DNA from: Planctomycetota bacterium
Lineage (GTDB): Bacteria > Planctomycetota > PLA2 > JAEUHO01
Direction of reading: 5' to 3'
NCBI GenBank assembly: GCA_028281445.1
Contig: JANQJW010000103.1
Location: forward strand, 6,488 to 70,487
DNA length: 64,000 bases
A program made the position numbers and the translations under genes. This document shows positions 43,341 through 53,094 of the stretch, piece after piece (position 1 is the first letter of the stretch; each line of letters begins with the position of its first letter). The notes under the pieces are model-generated. The model saw only the letters and a program-made list of their open reading frames with translations. It was not told where the DNA came from and searched no databases.

Positions 43341-43985
43341 ATGACACTCCTCCTCGTCGGCCTCGGCGTGTTCGGGCTCATCTTCCTCCTCATCGAGAGG
43401 GAGCGGAGGCGGGTGCCGTCCTCCCCTTCCGACGCGCTGACCAAGCGCCTGACCTACCTCGCCGAGCGCGGGTTCCCGCTAGCCAAGGGCCACACGATCG
43501 AGAGCTTCAAGCGGGAGATGGGTAACGACTTTGTCGAGCGGGACTGGGGCCCGACGCTAGCTGCGCTAGGCAACGAGTCGATGGAAGGACCGGGAGGCCC
43601 CTTCTGCGAGCCCCTCTGGTACTTCGACACGGAGTGCATCGAAGACCATGGGGACTACGCGCGCATCGTCGAACGGATGGCCGAGATGGCGCAGGGTTCG
43701 CTGCCCCTGAAGGATGTCTACGACTACGTGGATGTCGAAGCGGGGCAGGCCTCCTTCGGCTTCACCCTCCATGGGGAGAAGCACAACGTCTTTTGCGAGG
43801 TCGACAACGATTGGGTCGACACGAAGATCTTCGCGGTCTTCGTGGATCTACTGGCGAAGACCGACCCGTCCAAGGTCTACGTCTACTACGACTTGAGAGG
43901 CCAGGACTGCGTGCTGGGCTGCGTGACGCACAAGCAGCTCAAGCAGCTCCGCAAGAGTGGCCACGCCTTCGAGCCACTCTCGTAA
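43341..43985 (+). CDS. membrane-anchored hypothetical protein
   Basis: The track ORF 43023..43985 is trimmed to MTLLLVGLGVFGLIFLLIERERRR (N-terminal TM helix; ATG 43341), 9 nt after the yciH stop. No recognisable domain. Confidence 0.55.
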   Translation: MTLLLVGLGVFGLIFLLIERERRRVPSSPSDALTKRLTYLAERGFPLAKGHTIESFKREMGNDFVERDWGPTLAALGNESMEGPGGPFCEPLWYFDTECIEDHGDYARIVERMAEMAQGSLPLKDVYDYVDVEAGQASFGFTLHGEKHNVFCEVDNDWVDTKIFAVFVDLLAKTDPSKVYVYYDLRGQDCVLGCVTHKQLKQLRKSGHAFEPLS

Positions 43986-44197
43986 TCTGGCCAGGGTGAC
44001 GGGACTTGCACCCGCTTCCTCCGGCTCGACAAGCCGGGATCTCGTCTCCTTCGACCTCACCCCGAGGTGCGCGCTCATGTATGGACGTCACGGAACCGCG
44101 CGCAGGCTCCATGGCGCAAAAAGGTCATTGCGGGTGGACGCGAACCACCGCCGCCCCGGCTCCGAGACGGTACGCTGGATGCTCGCCCTGAGATGGT

Positions 44198-44273
44198 TGG
44201 TTGCGGGGGAGGGAGTTGCACCCCCGACCTCTCGCGTATCAGACGAACGCTCTTCTCGCTGAGCTACCCCGCA
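44198..44273 (-). tRNA. tRNA-Ile(GAU)-like gene with atypical D and T loops (possible tRNA pseudogene or tRNA-like element)
   Basis: The reverse complement of 44197-44273 folds as a cloverleaf: a 7 bp acceptor stem (UGCGGGG/CCCCGCA) plus ACCA; a D arm GCUC-AGCGAGAA-GAGC; an anticodon arm UUCGU-CUGAUAC-GCGAG (U33, anticodon GAU, A37, two G-U pairs); and a T arm GGGGG-UGCAACU-CCCUC. It is colinear with canonical tRNA-Ile(GAU). However the D loop lacks the G18G19 doublet and the T loop is UGCAACU instead of TTCRANY. Confidence 0.4.
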
Positions 44274-44504
44274 AGGGAATCGATGCGCAGGAGAACCGGT
44301 CGCACACCCCAAGCAGGGCGCAACGGGACCGGTCCCGCATCGAAGCGGAGGGTGTCAGAGAGCGGCGAAGTTCCAATCACGCGGGGTTCGACGAACGCCC
44401 CCGGAGGCTTGTTCCCCGGCCTCTCGCGTTTTTTCAAAATCTCGCTGCGGGGTTCCCGGGCCGGCTGCGCATGACCTCCTGAACACCCACAGGAGGAACA
44501 CAAG

Positions 44505-45308
44505 ATGTCCCGCTTCGCTCGCCCCACTCTGACCCTTCTCGCCTGCGTCCTCTCCCTCAGCCTCGCCGCTTGCGGCGGCGGTGGTGGTTCCGACGGTGAC
44601 GCCGGTGGCGAGACGGTCATCCTGCCCGGTCAGGATGCCCGCACCTTGATCCAGTTCGGCTATCGCCCGGGCACCGGCGTCTACGACTACGGCTATCGCT
44701 CGATCGCGCAGCTCGCAATCAGCGGTGCACCCGCTGACGCAGACATGAGCCGCTTCGCCATGAGCCACAACGGGCGCGACTACCTGCTCTACGCGTTCAA
44801 CGCCGCCAGCGACCGGCTCTACCTCTTCCTCTTCGACGGCCGGCGCTACACGTACGCGGCCGACATCTTCCTCCGCAACGTCCCCGCAGACGCGAGCGTA
44901 GCCAGCGTGGCCGCAACCTACTCGCCGGGCACCGGATACAGCGTCTACCTGCGAAGCGCCATGGATCCGACGACGATCTACCAGTTCCAGTCGAACAACT
45001 TCACCGGCCCCTACACGCTGGGCGGCGGGCTGGCCTTCCCCTCGCTTGCAACGACCGGTGCACCGGCCGACGCAGACTTCGACCGCTGGACGATCTTCTA
45101 CGACGGCGCGACGTACCGGCAGGCCATCTTCCAGAGAGGCTCGGTCGACACGCTCTACCAGTTCGGCTGGAACGGGAGCAGCTACGAGTACGGACACGCC
45201 TCGCGCCCCACGGCCCAGATCGTGAACGCGCCGGCCGAGACCTACCAGGGCAACGCGAAGATCCTGCACGACGGCACGGACTTCCGCCTCTACCAGCTCG
45301 CGCCGTAG
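44505..45308 (+). CDS. lipoprotein with three internal ~70 aa repeats
   Basis: A Shine-Dalgarno AGGAGGAA precedes MSRFARPTLTLLACVLSLSLAACGGGGG (lipobox). The repeat units are ...GAPADAD(M/F)(S/D)R(F/W)...Y.... Confidence 0.65.
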   Translation: MSRFARPTLTLLACVLSLSLAACGGGGGSDGDAGGETVILPGQDARTLIQFGYRPGTGVYDYGYRSIAQLAISGAPADADMSRFAMSHNGRDYLLYAFNAASDRLYLFLFDGRRYTYAADIFLRNVPADASVASVAATYSPGTGYSVYLRSAMDPTTIYQFQSNNFTGPYTLGGGLAFPSLATTGAPADADFDRWTIFYDGATYRQAIFQRGSVDTLYQFGWNGSSYEYGHASRPTAQIVNAPAETYQGNAKILHDGTDFRLYQLAP

Positions 45309-45382
45309 CTCTTCACCACGAGCTCCGAGACCCCTCGCATCCCGCCGGCTCGCCGGCGGGATGCTCTTCGTTTCGGAGAGCC

Positions 45383-46528
45383 CTAGCGGCGCTTTCGTGC
45401 GTGGAGCCACCGCCAGAGGCGCTCGAACCAGCAGCGTACGTACTTCACGTCGTCAGCACCGCGAACCGGGACGCCTTCCAGCGTGAGCGCGGTGAGCTCG
45501 ACGGATGTCGTCGAAGACGAAAGCACGCCGGCACGCACGAGGTCGCGATTGCGAAAGTACATCATCAGGTCGGCGACGCCGTCGCGGTTGACGTCCTTGA
45601 GACGCGCACGCTTCGGCGGAACGCCGTCACTGCCTTCGGCGTCCGCGAGACGCAGCGTCGCCACGTCGACGGAGGACGCATCCAGTCGTTCCGTGCTCAG
45701 CAAGGCCACCGGCAAGGCGCCTCTGCGACGCAGCGTGAAGAGCGCCGGTCCCTTGCAACGGGGTCGCACGTCGACACGCGCCTCGATCTCGACCGGCTCG
45801 ACAGGCTCCTCACCCGAGTCGACGACGATGTCGTCAACCGCGGCCCGGTCGCCTAGGAGACGGAACTCGGTGAGAGCGGTCTGGCCGCCGAACGTCGCGG
45901 TATGCACCGACGTCCCGTCGATGAGGAGCTCGAAGCTGCCTGCAGCCAGGTTCACGCGCACCTCGAGCGCCATCACCGCGCCGTCTCCCGGCGTGTAGGT
46001 CGCCACCGTCGCAGAGGTCTGCGCAGTGAGTCTCACGACAACGTTGCCATTCGACTGGAAGTGCACGACGTTGGCGACCGGCGTGCTGAGGATGAGGCGT
46101 AGGTCGTTGTCGACGACCACATCCATCGCAAGGCGGTAGTCGGGGCAGGGCGGCAGGTCGGAGAGCGCGAACGCGACATCGCCCCGCGGGCCGGGGAAGG
46201 CCATGGGCTGCGCAGTGAGGCCGCCGTACGCGCTCACGACCGTGACGGGACTGCGTCGGATCGCCGTCGGCGTAGCGCGCGGTGCGGGTGCGTTCCCGAG
46301 CGTGGGCGCGCTGTCCAACGTGTGCGTGGGAGAGTCGAAGTCGACGTCGTAGAGCACGATGAACGTGCCGTCGGCTGTGGCCTGGCCGCCGAGGCCGAGA
46401 ACGAGGAAGGTGGCAACAAGCCCGGCGAGGGCACTGCGGGTTGTGGAGTGGATGGTGCGGACTCCGGTGTGCCACCGCACCCACACGTACCCTAGCGTAG
46501 GCCCTCCGCACTGCTCGCGGATGTTCAT
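45383..46528 (-). CDS. secreted hypothetical protein with a C-terminal DxNxDG calcium-binding-like motif
   Basis: The signal peptide ALAGLVATFLVLGLGGQATA follows MNIREQ (ATG ending 46528). GTG starts at 46483 or 46477 are alternatives. The track ORF start at 46663 is less likely. The C-terminal motif is LKDVNRDGVADLMMYF. Confidence 0.55.
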   Translation of the reverse strand: MNIREQCGGPTLGYVWVRWHTGVRTIHSTTRSALAGLVATFLVLGLGGQATADGTFIVLYDVDFDSPTHTLDSAPTLGNAPAPRATPTAIRRSPVTVVSAYGGLTAQPMAFPGPRGDVAFALSDLPPCPDYRLAMDVVVDNDLRLILSTPVANVVHFQSNGNVVVRLTAQTSATVATYTPGDGAVMALEVRVNLAAGSFELLIDGTSVHTATFGGQTALTEFRLLGDRAAVDDIVVDSGEEPVEPVEIEARVDVRPRCKGPALFTLRRRGALPVALLSTERLDASSVDVATLRLADAEGSDGVPPKRARLKDVNRDGVADLMMYFRNRDLVRAGVLSSSTTSVELTALTLEGVPVRGADDVKYVRCWFERLWRWLHARKRR

Positions 46529-46846
46529 GCATTGTTGCCGCGCCAGTGGTCGGCTAGGGCGTGTTTGAAAACACCTCGTGACGAGCCCGGTGAGACCGAT
46601 GCGAGCCGGAGCCACGACGAGCGGTTCTGGCCGCATTCGAACGTCGGAGCATGGCTCCCTCAACCAGGCCTGGCATGGAGCGCAAATGCGTCCAACGAAC
46701 CTGTGGTGTGCTCATGCACGTAGAGGACCAGGTTCCGAGTCGAGGCCCCTTCGCTGACGGTGCCCGCAGGGCACGAGAAGAGCGAGCCGGCGAGCGCTTC
46801 GAGAGTCAGCGCAGCGAGAGGATCGCCGGGCGCAGTAGATGGCTTT

Positions 46847-49800
46847 TCAATCACGCCCTAAGACGATTCGCTCCTTCGACGCAGGCGATACTCGTCCTTC
46901 CGGGGTCAGGATGCCCTTGAAGTTGAGCGGATCGGCGGCCGCGACCTCGACCGCGGGCTTGTCCTCCCGGTTGCGGATCTCGCGGAGCAGCGGGACGGCC
47001 TCCGGCAAGGCGTACTGCTCGCCGTCGAACCCCGCCACGAAGCGCCCGCCGCGAACCTCCCCGCGAAGCTCCATGTGGCGGAAGACGCGCAGCAGCCGCC
47101 GCCACGGAACCGGCATGCGCTCGCGCATGATCGTCCGGCGGAAGACGACGCCCGTGCGTGCGAGCAGGCGGTGCGCAACGAAGGCATCGAGCTCTTCCGT
47201 GCCGGGCGTCTCGGCGGCGTCGTCGCGGAGCAGCGCCCAGCGGCCCTGAGGCCCGACGGCGTGCTTGCGCTTGTGCGCGGCGGCCAGGAGCTGGCGGACC
47301 GGCGCGTAGCTGTCGCATGTGACGAGGCCGCGCGCGATGAGCTCGGTCAGCGCCATCTCGAGCTGGGTCGGGAGCAAGCGCGCTGCGCGCTGGAGATCCT
47401 GCTGGAACTGCGGCCCCCGCTCCTTGAGTGCGTCGAGCGCCTGCGCGGCCGACCCCGTCACGCCGGCTTCGTCCGCGGGGCCCGCCAGGGCCTGCCACAT
47501 CGCGAGATCCTCGCGCGGCACGAACGCGATCGGCGCCTGCTTGAGCGCCGCTGCGCCCCCACCCCAGAAACGGCCCCAGACGAATTGCCCGGAGAGCGCG
47601 ACCTGGTCCAGGTGGTCGACGCGGTACTTGTTCACGCGCGCAGGCAGGACATCGCGTTCCCATGCGCGGCACGGAATCTCGTAGCCGGCGAGCTTGCGCA
47701 GGACCGTCTCGACGCCCTGCGGTCCTTCGACGCGATGCTCCGCGTCGAGATGCTGCCAGGTCGCGAGGAAGCGCAGGAAGTCATTGGCGTGCACGGGCGC
47801 GATCGCCTCTCGCAGGCGGTCGATCGTGTAGCGGTGGATGCGGGCGAGCAGGCGCCGGTTGCACCACATGTCCTTGCCGTCGAGGCGGACACGAATTAGC
47901 TCCCCACGCCGCTCGAGCTCGAAGCAGGCGGGGTCGCCGAGCTCGACAGGCCCCAGTGCCTCCATGCGCCCTCGCAGGACCTCGACCGGATCGCGCGTGG
48001 CCTCGACGGCGAACCAGCGCTCGCCCTCACGCACCACACGCTTGGCGGCGTGCAGCTCGTCGATCCAGTCGCGCCAGTCGTCGGCTTCCTCTTGGGTGAC
48101 GTAGCCGATCCAGAGCAGGGCTTCGTGGACTTCATCGGCATCGCGCGGCTCGGGCCACGCTTCGCCCTTGACGCGCGCGACGGCGCCAGCATCCAGGGCC
48201 CCGAGCTCGTCAGCGGTCTTGGGGTCAAGCAGGTGGCGCGTCGCAACGGCGTGCGTGCGGCGCTCCTCCAGCGGCGCGTCGTCCAGGAACGCGTACGGCA
48301 TCGCGTTGAGCACGTTGCGCGCGAACGCGGAGGGTTCGGGGGTATCGACCGCGACGCGCTCGATCTCGCCGGCGCGCAGGCGCCGCAGCAGGTCGAGGAA
48401 CCCGTCCAGATCCATGATCTCGTGCAGACAGTCGTGCATCGTCTGGGCGACGATCGGATGCTCCCTCGGGATCTCGAGATCGGGGCCGGCCAGGGTCTCC
48501 GGACACGCCAGCACGTCGGGGAAGGACTTCACGAGCAGATCGTCAGCCCGCATGCGGGCCAACGCGATCGGCAGCCGCTTGCCGCCCTGCATGCGCGGCA
48601 GCATGAGCGAGCGGCTCGCGTTCCAGCGCCAGCGGGTCTTGAAGTACGGCGTGGGCAACAGGGCCTGTTCGAGCACATGCTTGGCCGTGTTGGGATGCAA
48701 GTAGTCGAAGACGTCCTCGAGCTTGAAGGAGTGCTGCGGCCCGAGCGAGAGGACGATCGCGTCCTCGGTGGCCGCCGCCTGCAGCTCGAAGCCGAAGCCG
48801 CGGCAGAAGCGCTTGCGCAAGGCGAGGCCGAACGCACGGTTGATGCGGCTGCCGAACGGCGAGTGCAGCACGAGCTGCATGCCGCCGCTCTCATCGAAGA
48901 AGCGCTCGAGGACGAGACGGTCCTGCGACGGCACGCAGCCGAGTGCCTCGACGCCCGCGGCGACGAATGCCTCGACCTGGTCGCGCGCGCCGTCGGGAAC
49001 GCCCGGTGCGTCGTCGAGGCGGTCGCCGGACGCGTCCTCGCGTACCGCCACGATCTCGCGCGAAAGCTCGGGCGTGCGCGCGGGCGCTTCGCCGAACCAG
49101 AACGGAAGGCTCGGCGGCGTGCCATGCGCATCGGCGACATGAACAGTTCCGGCGCGCACGCGCAGCACGCGCCAGGATGCGTTGCCGAGCTGGAAGACGT
49201 CGCCGGCGCTGGACTCGATGGCGAAGTCCTCGTCGAGACTTCCGACGTACGTGCCTTCGGGCTCGAGGACCACGCGGTACTCGCCGCGGTCGGGAATCGC
49301 ACCGCCGGCACTCATCGCGATCAGGGGGGCCCGGCGCGTACCGCGTACGCGGCCGTTGACGCCGTCGCGGTGCAGCAGGGACAGGCGTCCGCTCGCGTGA
49401 AGGGCGACGACGCGATCAAAGTCCTCGCGTTCGAGCGCGCGATACGGCCACGCGCGCTTCAGGACGGCGTAGAGGTCGTCTTCCTGCCAGTTCTCGGCCA
49501 CACAAGCCGCGACGATTTGCTGGGCGAGGATGTCGAGCGGCGCACCCGGCATCGGCGTGCGATCGAGGTCGCCCCGCACGGTCGCGCGGAGCAGGGCCGT
49601 CGTGGAGATGAGCTCGTCCGACGTCAGCGGGAACACGCGCCCCTTGGGCAATCCGCCGAGGAAGTGCCCCGCGCGGCCGACGCGCTGGAGGAACGTCGCG
49701 ATGGAGGACGTCGCCCCCACCTGGATGACGAGGTCGACGTCACCGATGTCGATGCCGAGCTCCAGCGATGCGGTCGCGACCAGCGCCTTGAGCGATCCCG

Positions 49801-50728
49801 CCTTGAGTCGCTGCTCGGCATCGAGCCGGCGCTCCTTCGACAGGCTCCCGTGATGGCTCGTGACGGCATCTTCTCCGAGCTTGTCGGTCAGGCGAGCCGA
49901 GATGCGCTCCGCCAGCTTGCGGGTGTTGGTGAAGACGAGCGTGGTCTTGTGCTCTTCGATGAGTTCGACCATGCGCTCGTAGATCTCATCCCAGACCTCG
50001 TGCGAGCACACGGTGCCGAGCTCCGACGGCGGGATCTCCATGGCGAGATCGAGCTCGCGCCGGTGGCCGACGTCGATCTCCGTGCACTCGCGATCCGTGC
50101 CGCACAGGAACCGGGCGACGTCGGACAAGGGCTTCTGGGTGGCGGAGAGACCGATGCGCTGCACGGGTCCCGCGAGAGCTTCGAGCCGCTCGAGCGAGAG
50201 CGCGAGGTGCGAGTCGCGCTTGCTGCCGAGCACGGCGTGAATCTCATCCACGATCACGGTCTTGACGGTGCCGAGCATGCCGCGGCCCGACTTGCTCGTG
50301 AGCAGGATGTACAGCGACTCGGGCGTCGTGACGAGCACGTGCGGCGGCTTCTTCGCCATGGCCGCGCGCTGGGAAGCGGGCGTATCCCCTGAGCGCACGA
50401 ACACGCGGACGTCGGGCAGGGCCGGGTCGCGCGCGCGCAGCTCATCCAGCGGCCCTTGCAGGTTCTTCTGGATGTCGTTGCCCAGCGCCTTCAGGGGGGA
50501 GACGTAGAGCACCTGCGTCTCGTCGGGCAGCGCCGCGCCCTGACGGAAGAGCCCATCGAGCGCCGTGAGGAACGCCGCGAGCGTCTTGCCTGTACCGGTG
50601 GGCGCCGCGATGAGCGTGTGCTCGCCGCGCCGGATCGCGGGCCAGCCCTCTCGCTGGGGCGCGGTCGGCTCCGCGAACGTGTCGCGGAACCAACTCGCCA
50701 GCGTCGGATGGAACGGCGTGAGGGGCAT
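46847..50728 (-). CDS. lhr: Lhr-like ATP-dependent DEAD/DEAH-box helicase
   Basis: The 1293 aa ORF has Walker A AAPTGTGKTLAAFL, DEIH, the helicase C domain and an Lhr-type C-terminal extension. N-terminal colinearity (PFHP.L..WF...F..PT..Q..) is typical of Lhr. Confidence 0.9.
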   Translation of the reverse strand: MPLTPFHPTLASWFRDTFAEPTAPQREGWPAIRRGEHTLIAAPTGTGKTLAAFLTALDGLFRQGAALPDETQVLYVSPLKALGNDIQKNLQGPLDELRARDPALPDVRVFVRSGDTPASQRAAMAKKPPHVLVTTPESLYILLTSKSGRGMLGTVKTVIVDEIHAVLGSKRDSHLALSLERLEALAGPVQRIGLSATQKPLSDVARFLCGTDRECTEIDVGHRRELDLAMEIPPSELGTVCSHEVWDEIYERMVELIEEHKTTLVFTNTRKLAERISARLTDKLGEDAVTSHHGSLSKERRLDAEQRLKAGSLKALVATASLELGIDIGDVDLVIQVGATSSIATFLQRVGRAGHFLGGLPKGRVFPLTSDELISTTALLRATVRGDLDRTPMPGAPLDILAQQIVAACVAENWQEDDLYAVLKRAWPYRALEREDFDRVVALHASGRLSLLHRDGVNGRVRGTRRAPLIAMSAGGAIPDRGEYRVVLEPEGTYVGSLDEDFAIESSAGDVFQLGNASWRVLRVRAGTVHVADAHGTPPSLPFWFGEAPARTPELSREIVAVREDASGDRLDDAPGVPDGARDQVEAFVAAGVEALGCVPSQDRLVLERFFDESGGMQLVLHSPFGSRINRAFGLALRKRFCRGFGFELQAAATEDAIVLSLGPQHSFKLEDVFDYLHPNTAKHVLEQALLPTPYFKTRWRWNASRSLMLPRMQGGKRLPIALARMRADDLLVKSFPDVLACPETLAGPDLEIPREHPIVAQTMHDCLHEIMDLDGFLDLLRRLRAGEIERVAVDTPEPSAFARNVLNAMPYAFLDDAPLEERRTHAVATRHLLDPKTADELGALDAGAVARVKGEAWPEPRDADEVHEALLWIGYVTQEEADDWRDWIDELHAAKRVVREGERWFAVEATRDPVEVLRGRMEALGPVELGDPACFELERRGELIRVRLDGKDMWCNRRLLARIHRYTIDRLREAIAPVHANDFLRFLATWQHLDAEHRVEGPQGVETVLRKLAGYEIPCRAWERDVLPARVNKYRVDHLDQVALSGQFVWGRFWGGGAAALKQAPIAFVPREDLAMWQALAGPADEAGVTGSAAQALDALKERGPQFQQDLQRAARLLPTQLEMALTELIARGLVTCDSYAPVRQLLAAAHKRKHAVGPQGRWALLRDDAAETPGTEELDAFVAHRLLARTGVVFRRTIMRERMPVPWRRLLRVFRHMELRGEVRGGRFVAGFDGEQYALPEAVPLLREIRNREDKPAVEVAAADPLNFKGILTPEGRVSPASKERIVLGRD

Positions 50729-50750
50729 GGCTAGAGGGTAGCCCGGGTGG

Positions 50751-52121
50751 TCAGGCCGCGGGGGCGCGGCGCATGACGACCGCGCAGAGCGCGAGCAGCA
50801 GGATCAAGGACACTGGTATGTGCCAGCCGCGAAGTCGCTCGCTCGCACTGTGTTGGGGATCGTGTTCGGCGAGGAGACGGTGCAGGCCGAGGTGCTCGAG
50901 CACGTCAAAGCGGCTGACTCCGCCCAAGTCGAACCACCCGATCTTCGCCCTCGATCGCAAATGGGCTTCGAAGCGGCCCAGGTTGACGGCTTGCGGCACG
51001 CCGACGTGAGCCATCAGGTCGAGGGCGTCGAGCGCGGCCTCCTCGTCAAGGCTGTTCCTGCCGTCGTCATAGACCGAGAAGCCGCCCCCTGTCATGTACC
51101 AACGGCCATCTACGTGCCAGCTTCGCTCGAGCATGGCGTAGAGCTCCTCGCGTGCCGCTATGACGCGGTCCGCCGCGCCTGCTTGCGCGAGGATCTGAGC
51201 TATCTCCCGTGCGTCGCCCAGATTTCCGATGCCCCTCTCCTGCGGCCAAGACGAGCCTACACGAGCGAGAAGGTGCTCGCGTTGCACATCGTCCAGCGTC
51301 TGTGATCCAAGCATCGCCCAGACCTCGATCGGCTGCCCTAGGGTCCAGATCAACGGGCCATCGTTCGTCAGCTTGCGCTCGCGCTCCCTCTCGGACAACT
51401 CCTCGCTGAGTCGTGCCCACTCGCGGGGTCCGACAAGCCGCGCGTCGATAGCACCCTTCATGGTCGTGGGGTGCACGTCGACGCCTTCCGCAATGGCCTC
51501 CCGAATCGTGTTTCGCGGCACAGCAAGATCCAAGTCGTGGCCGCGCGACTGAAGCCAACCGGCGACGCGTCCGAAGTGTTCCCAACGGATCAGCTCGTCT
51601 ACGGGCTCTTCGAAGCCCTCGGCGTACGCAACGAGTGCGCTGGGCGAGCGGAACTCACTCCGCCAAACCGCGATGAGGCTGGCCACGAACAGCACGCCGA
51701 ACATCACGTAGAAGCTGTACCGATTCGTGGTTCGGTCCGGGTTCAGCCACAGCGCCAGGCCGATGGACGCCGGTGCGAACCACGCGAGGGCGAACGGCAG
51801 ATACAGCGGCTCGCGGAGGTACGCGCCGTACCCCACCATTATGGGGACGAAGATGCCGGCACAAACGAGGCTCCAGGCAGCCTTGGAGTCCTTCGGCCGT
51901 CGTACGGCGGCGAGCCCCATCAGGGCACAGCTGCACAACACAATGACCAGTCGTTCGCCGGCGAACACTATGGCGAGCACGGCGAATGCCAACAGGTGTC
52001 CCCACGCGAGCCACCATGTCGACCCCGGCGTGCGCGCACTCGCCATCTTGACGTGCCACCACACAGCGGCGACGAAACACGCCACGGGCAGCAACAGCAG
52101 GCCTACGTCCATCCACTCCAC
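50751..52121 (-). CDS. polytopic membrane protein, hypothetical
   Basis: About 6 N-terminal TM helices are followed by a soluble region and a C-terminal TM helix (VSLILLLALCAVVM). No recognisable domain. Confidence 0.6.
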   Translation of the reverse strand: MEWMDVGLLLLPVACFVAAVWWHVKMASARTPGSTWWLAWGHLLAFAVLAIVFAGERLVIVLCSCALMGLAAVRRPKDSKAAWSLVCAGIFVPIMVGYGAYLREPLYLPFALAWFAPASIGLALWLNPDRTTNRYSFYVMFGVLFVASLIAVWRSEFRSPSALVAYAEGFEEPVDELIRWEHFGRVAGWLQSRGHDLDLAVPRNTIREAIAEGVDVHPTTMKGAIDARLVGPREWARLSEELSERERERKLTNDGPLIWTLGQPIEVWAMLGSQTLDDVQREHLLARVGSSWPQERGIGNLGDAREIAQILAQAGAADRVIAAREELYAMLERSWHVDGRWYMTGGGFSVYDDGRNSLDEEAALDALDLMAHVGVPQAVNLGRFEAHLRSRAKIGWFDLGGVSRFDVLEHLGLHRLLAEHDPQHSASERLRGWHIPVSLILLLALCAVVMRRAPAA

Positions 52122-52150
52122 GCACGCAGTCTAGCGCGCGCGCCGGCGGA

Positions 52151-52663
52151 TCAGCCCTCGCAGCCGCCCATGTCGGCATCGGCGGCCGCGGGGCGCTCGC
52201 CGGTCTCGGCGTACGGCTTCATGCAGCCCTCGATGAGCAGGCGCCACCCGGCATCGAGCGACTGGCGTGTTTCCTCGCTCACGTTCCCGTGCAGCGCGTG
52301 GCGGAAGCGAACCGTCGTCTTCTCGGGACCGTCTTCGGTCAGGTTCCACGTCATCATGCCACGGTTGGGGCCGCCCCACTCCGCGCCCGTGTCCCCGACC
52401 GTGATGAGCATCTCCGGTGCGCGGATGCCGGTGATCGTCCCCCAGATGAGGCCCTGGCCCTCGCCGTAATCCTCGAACATCCAGCCACCGAGCTTCGCCG
52501 TGCAGCGAAAGGTCGCGCCGGGGCCGCCCAGGAAGAAGTCCTTGTGCCACCAGGAGCCGATGTCCTCGGTCAGCGCCTTCCACACGGTCTCGCGCGGTGC
52601 GTCGACGGCGATCTCCAGCTGAACGTCGGCAATCGTGGCGGGGTTTGCAACAGCAGCGGTCAT
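52151..52663 (-). CDS. SRPBCC-superfamily protein (AHSA1/activator of Hsp90 ATPase-like)
   Basis: The track ORF 52151..52984 is trimmed to MTAAVANPATIADVQLEIAVDAPRETVWKALTEDIGSWW. Its start overlaps the ArsR stop (ATGA). This is a classic ArsR-AHSA1 pair. Confidence 0.75.
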   Translation of the reverse strand: MTAAVANPATIADVQLEIAVDAPRETVWKALTEDIGSWWHKDFFLGGPGATFRCTAKLGGWMFEDYGEGQGLIWGTITGIRAPEMLITVGDTGAEWGGPNRGMMTWNLTEDGPEKTTVRFRHALHGNVSEETRQSLDAGWRLLIEGCMKPYAETGERPAAADADMGGCEG

Positions 52664-53025
52664 GTCCTTCTCCTTGTCTTGCGCGGCGTCGTCTTCTTCT
52701 CCGCCACGCGCTTGAGTCTGAGCAACTGGTCCGCCGGCTCTTCTTCGAACGGACGGATCCAGCGCCGGTAGATCTGGCGAATGGGTACAGGGTTGAGGTG
52801 ATTCCAGCGCTCGCGGCCCTTGCGCTCCACGAGGACCAGACGGGCCTCTTCGAGGATGCGCAGGTGCTTCATGACGCCGAAGCGGGTCATCTCGAAGCGG
52901 CTGCTCAGCTCCCCCGTCGTGCGCGGCCCCCGTCGCAGCACGTCGAGCAACGTCCGCCGGGTGGGGTCGGCCAGGGCCTTCCACACGGCGTCCTCGCTCT
53001 CGGGCAGCGGGCGGGCAGCACTCAT
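52660..53025 (-). CDS. ArsR/SmtB-family transcriptional regulator
   Basis: The ORF is trimmed to MSAARPLPESEDAVWKALADPTRRTLLDVLRRGPRTTGELSSRFEMTRFGVMKHLRILEEARLV (wHTH; CAT 53023-53025). Confidence 0.8.
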   Translation of the reverse strand: MSAARPLPESEDAVWKALADPTRRTLLDVLRRGPRTTGELSSRFEMTRFGVMKHLRILEEARLVLVERKGRERWNHLNPVPIRQIYRRWIRPFEEEPADQLLRLKRVAEKKTTPRKTRRRT

Positions 53026-53094
53026 AGGTGACCTTTTAGTCACATATTGCTGGAAGGGCAAGGAGAATCCGAGGGACCGGGTACCTTCGGGCCC

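Noticed and set aside
47075-50392. ORFs 47075..47899(+) and 48050..50392(+) opposite lhr
   Set aside because: They are shadows of the Lhr helicase gene, whose own frame carries Walker A, DEIH and helicase C motifs.
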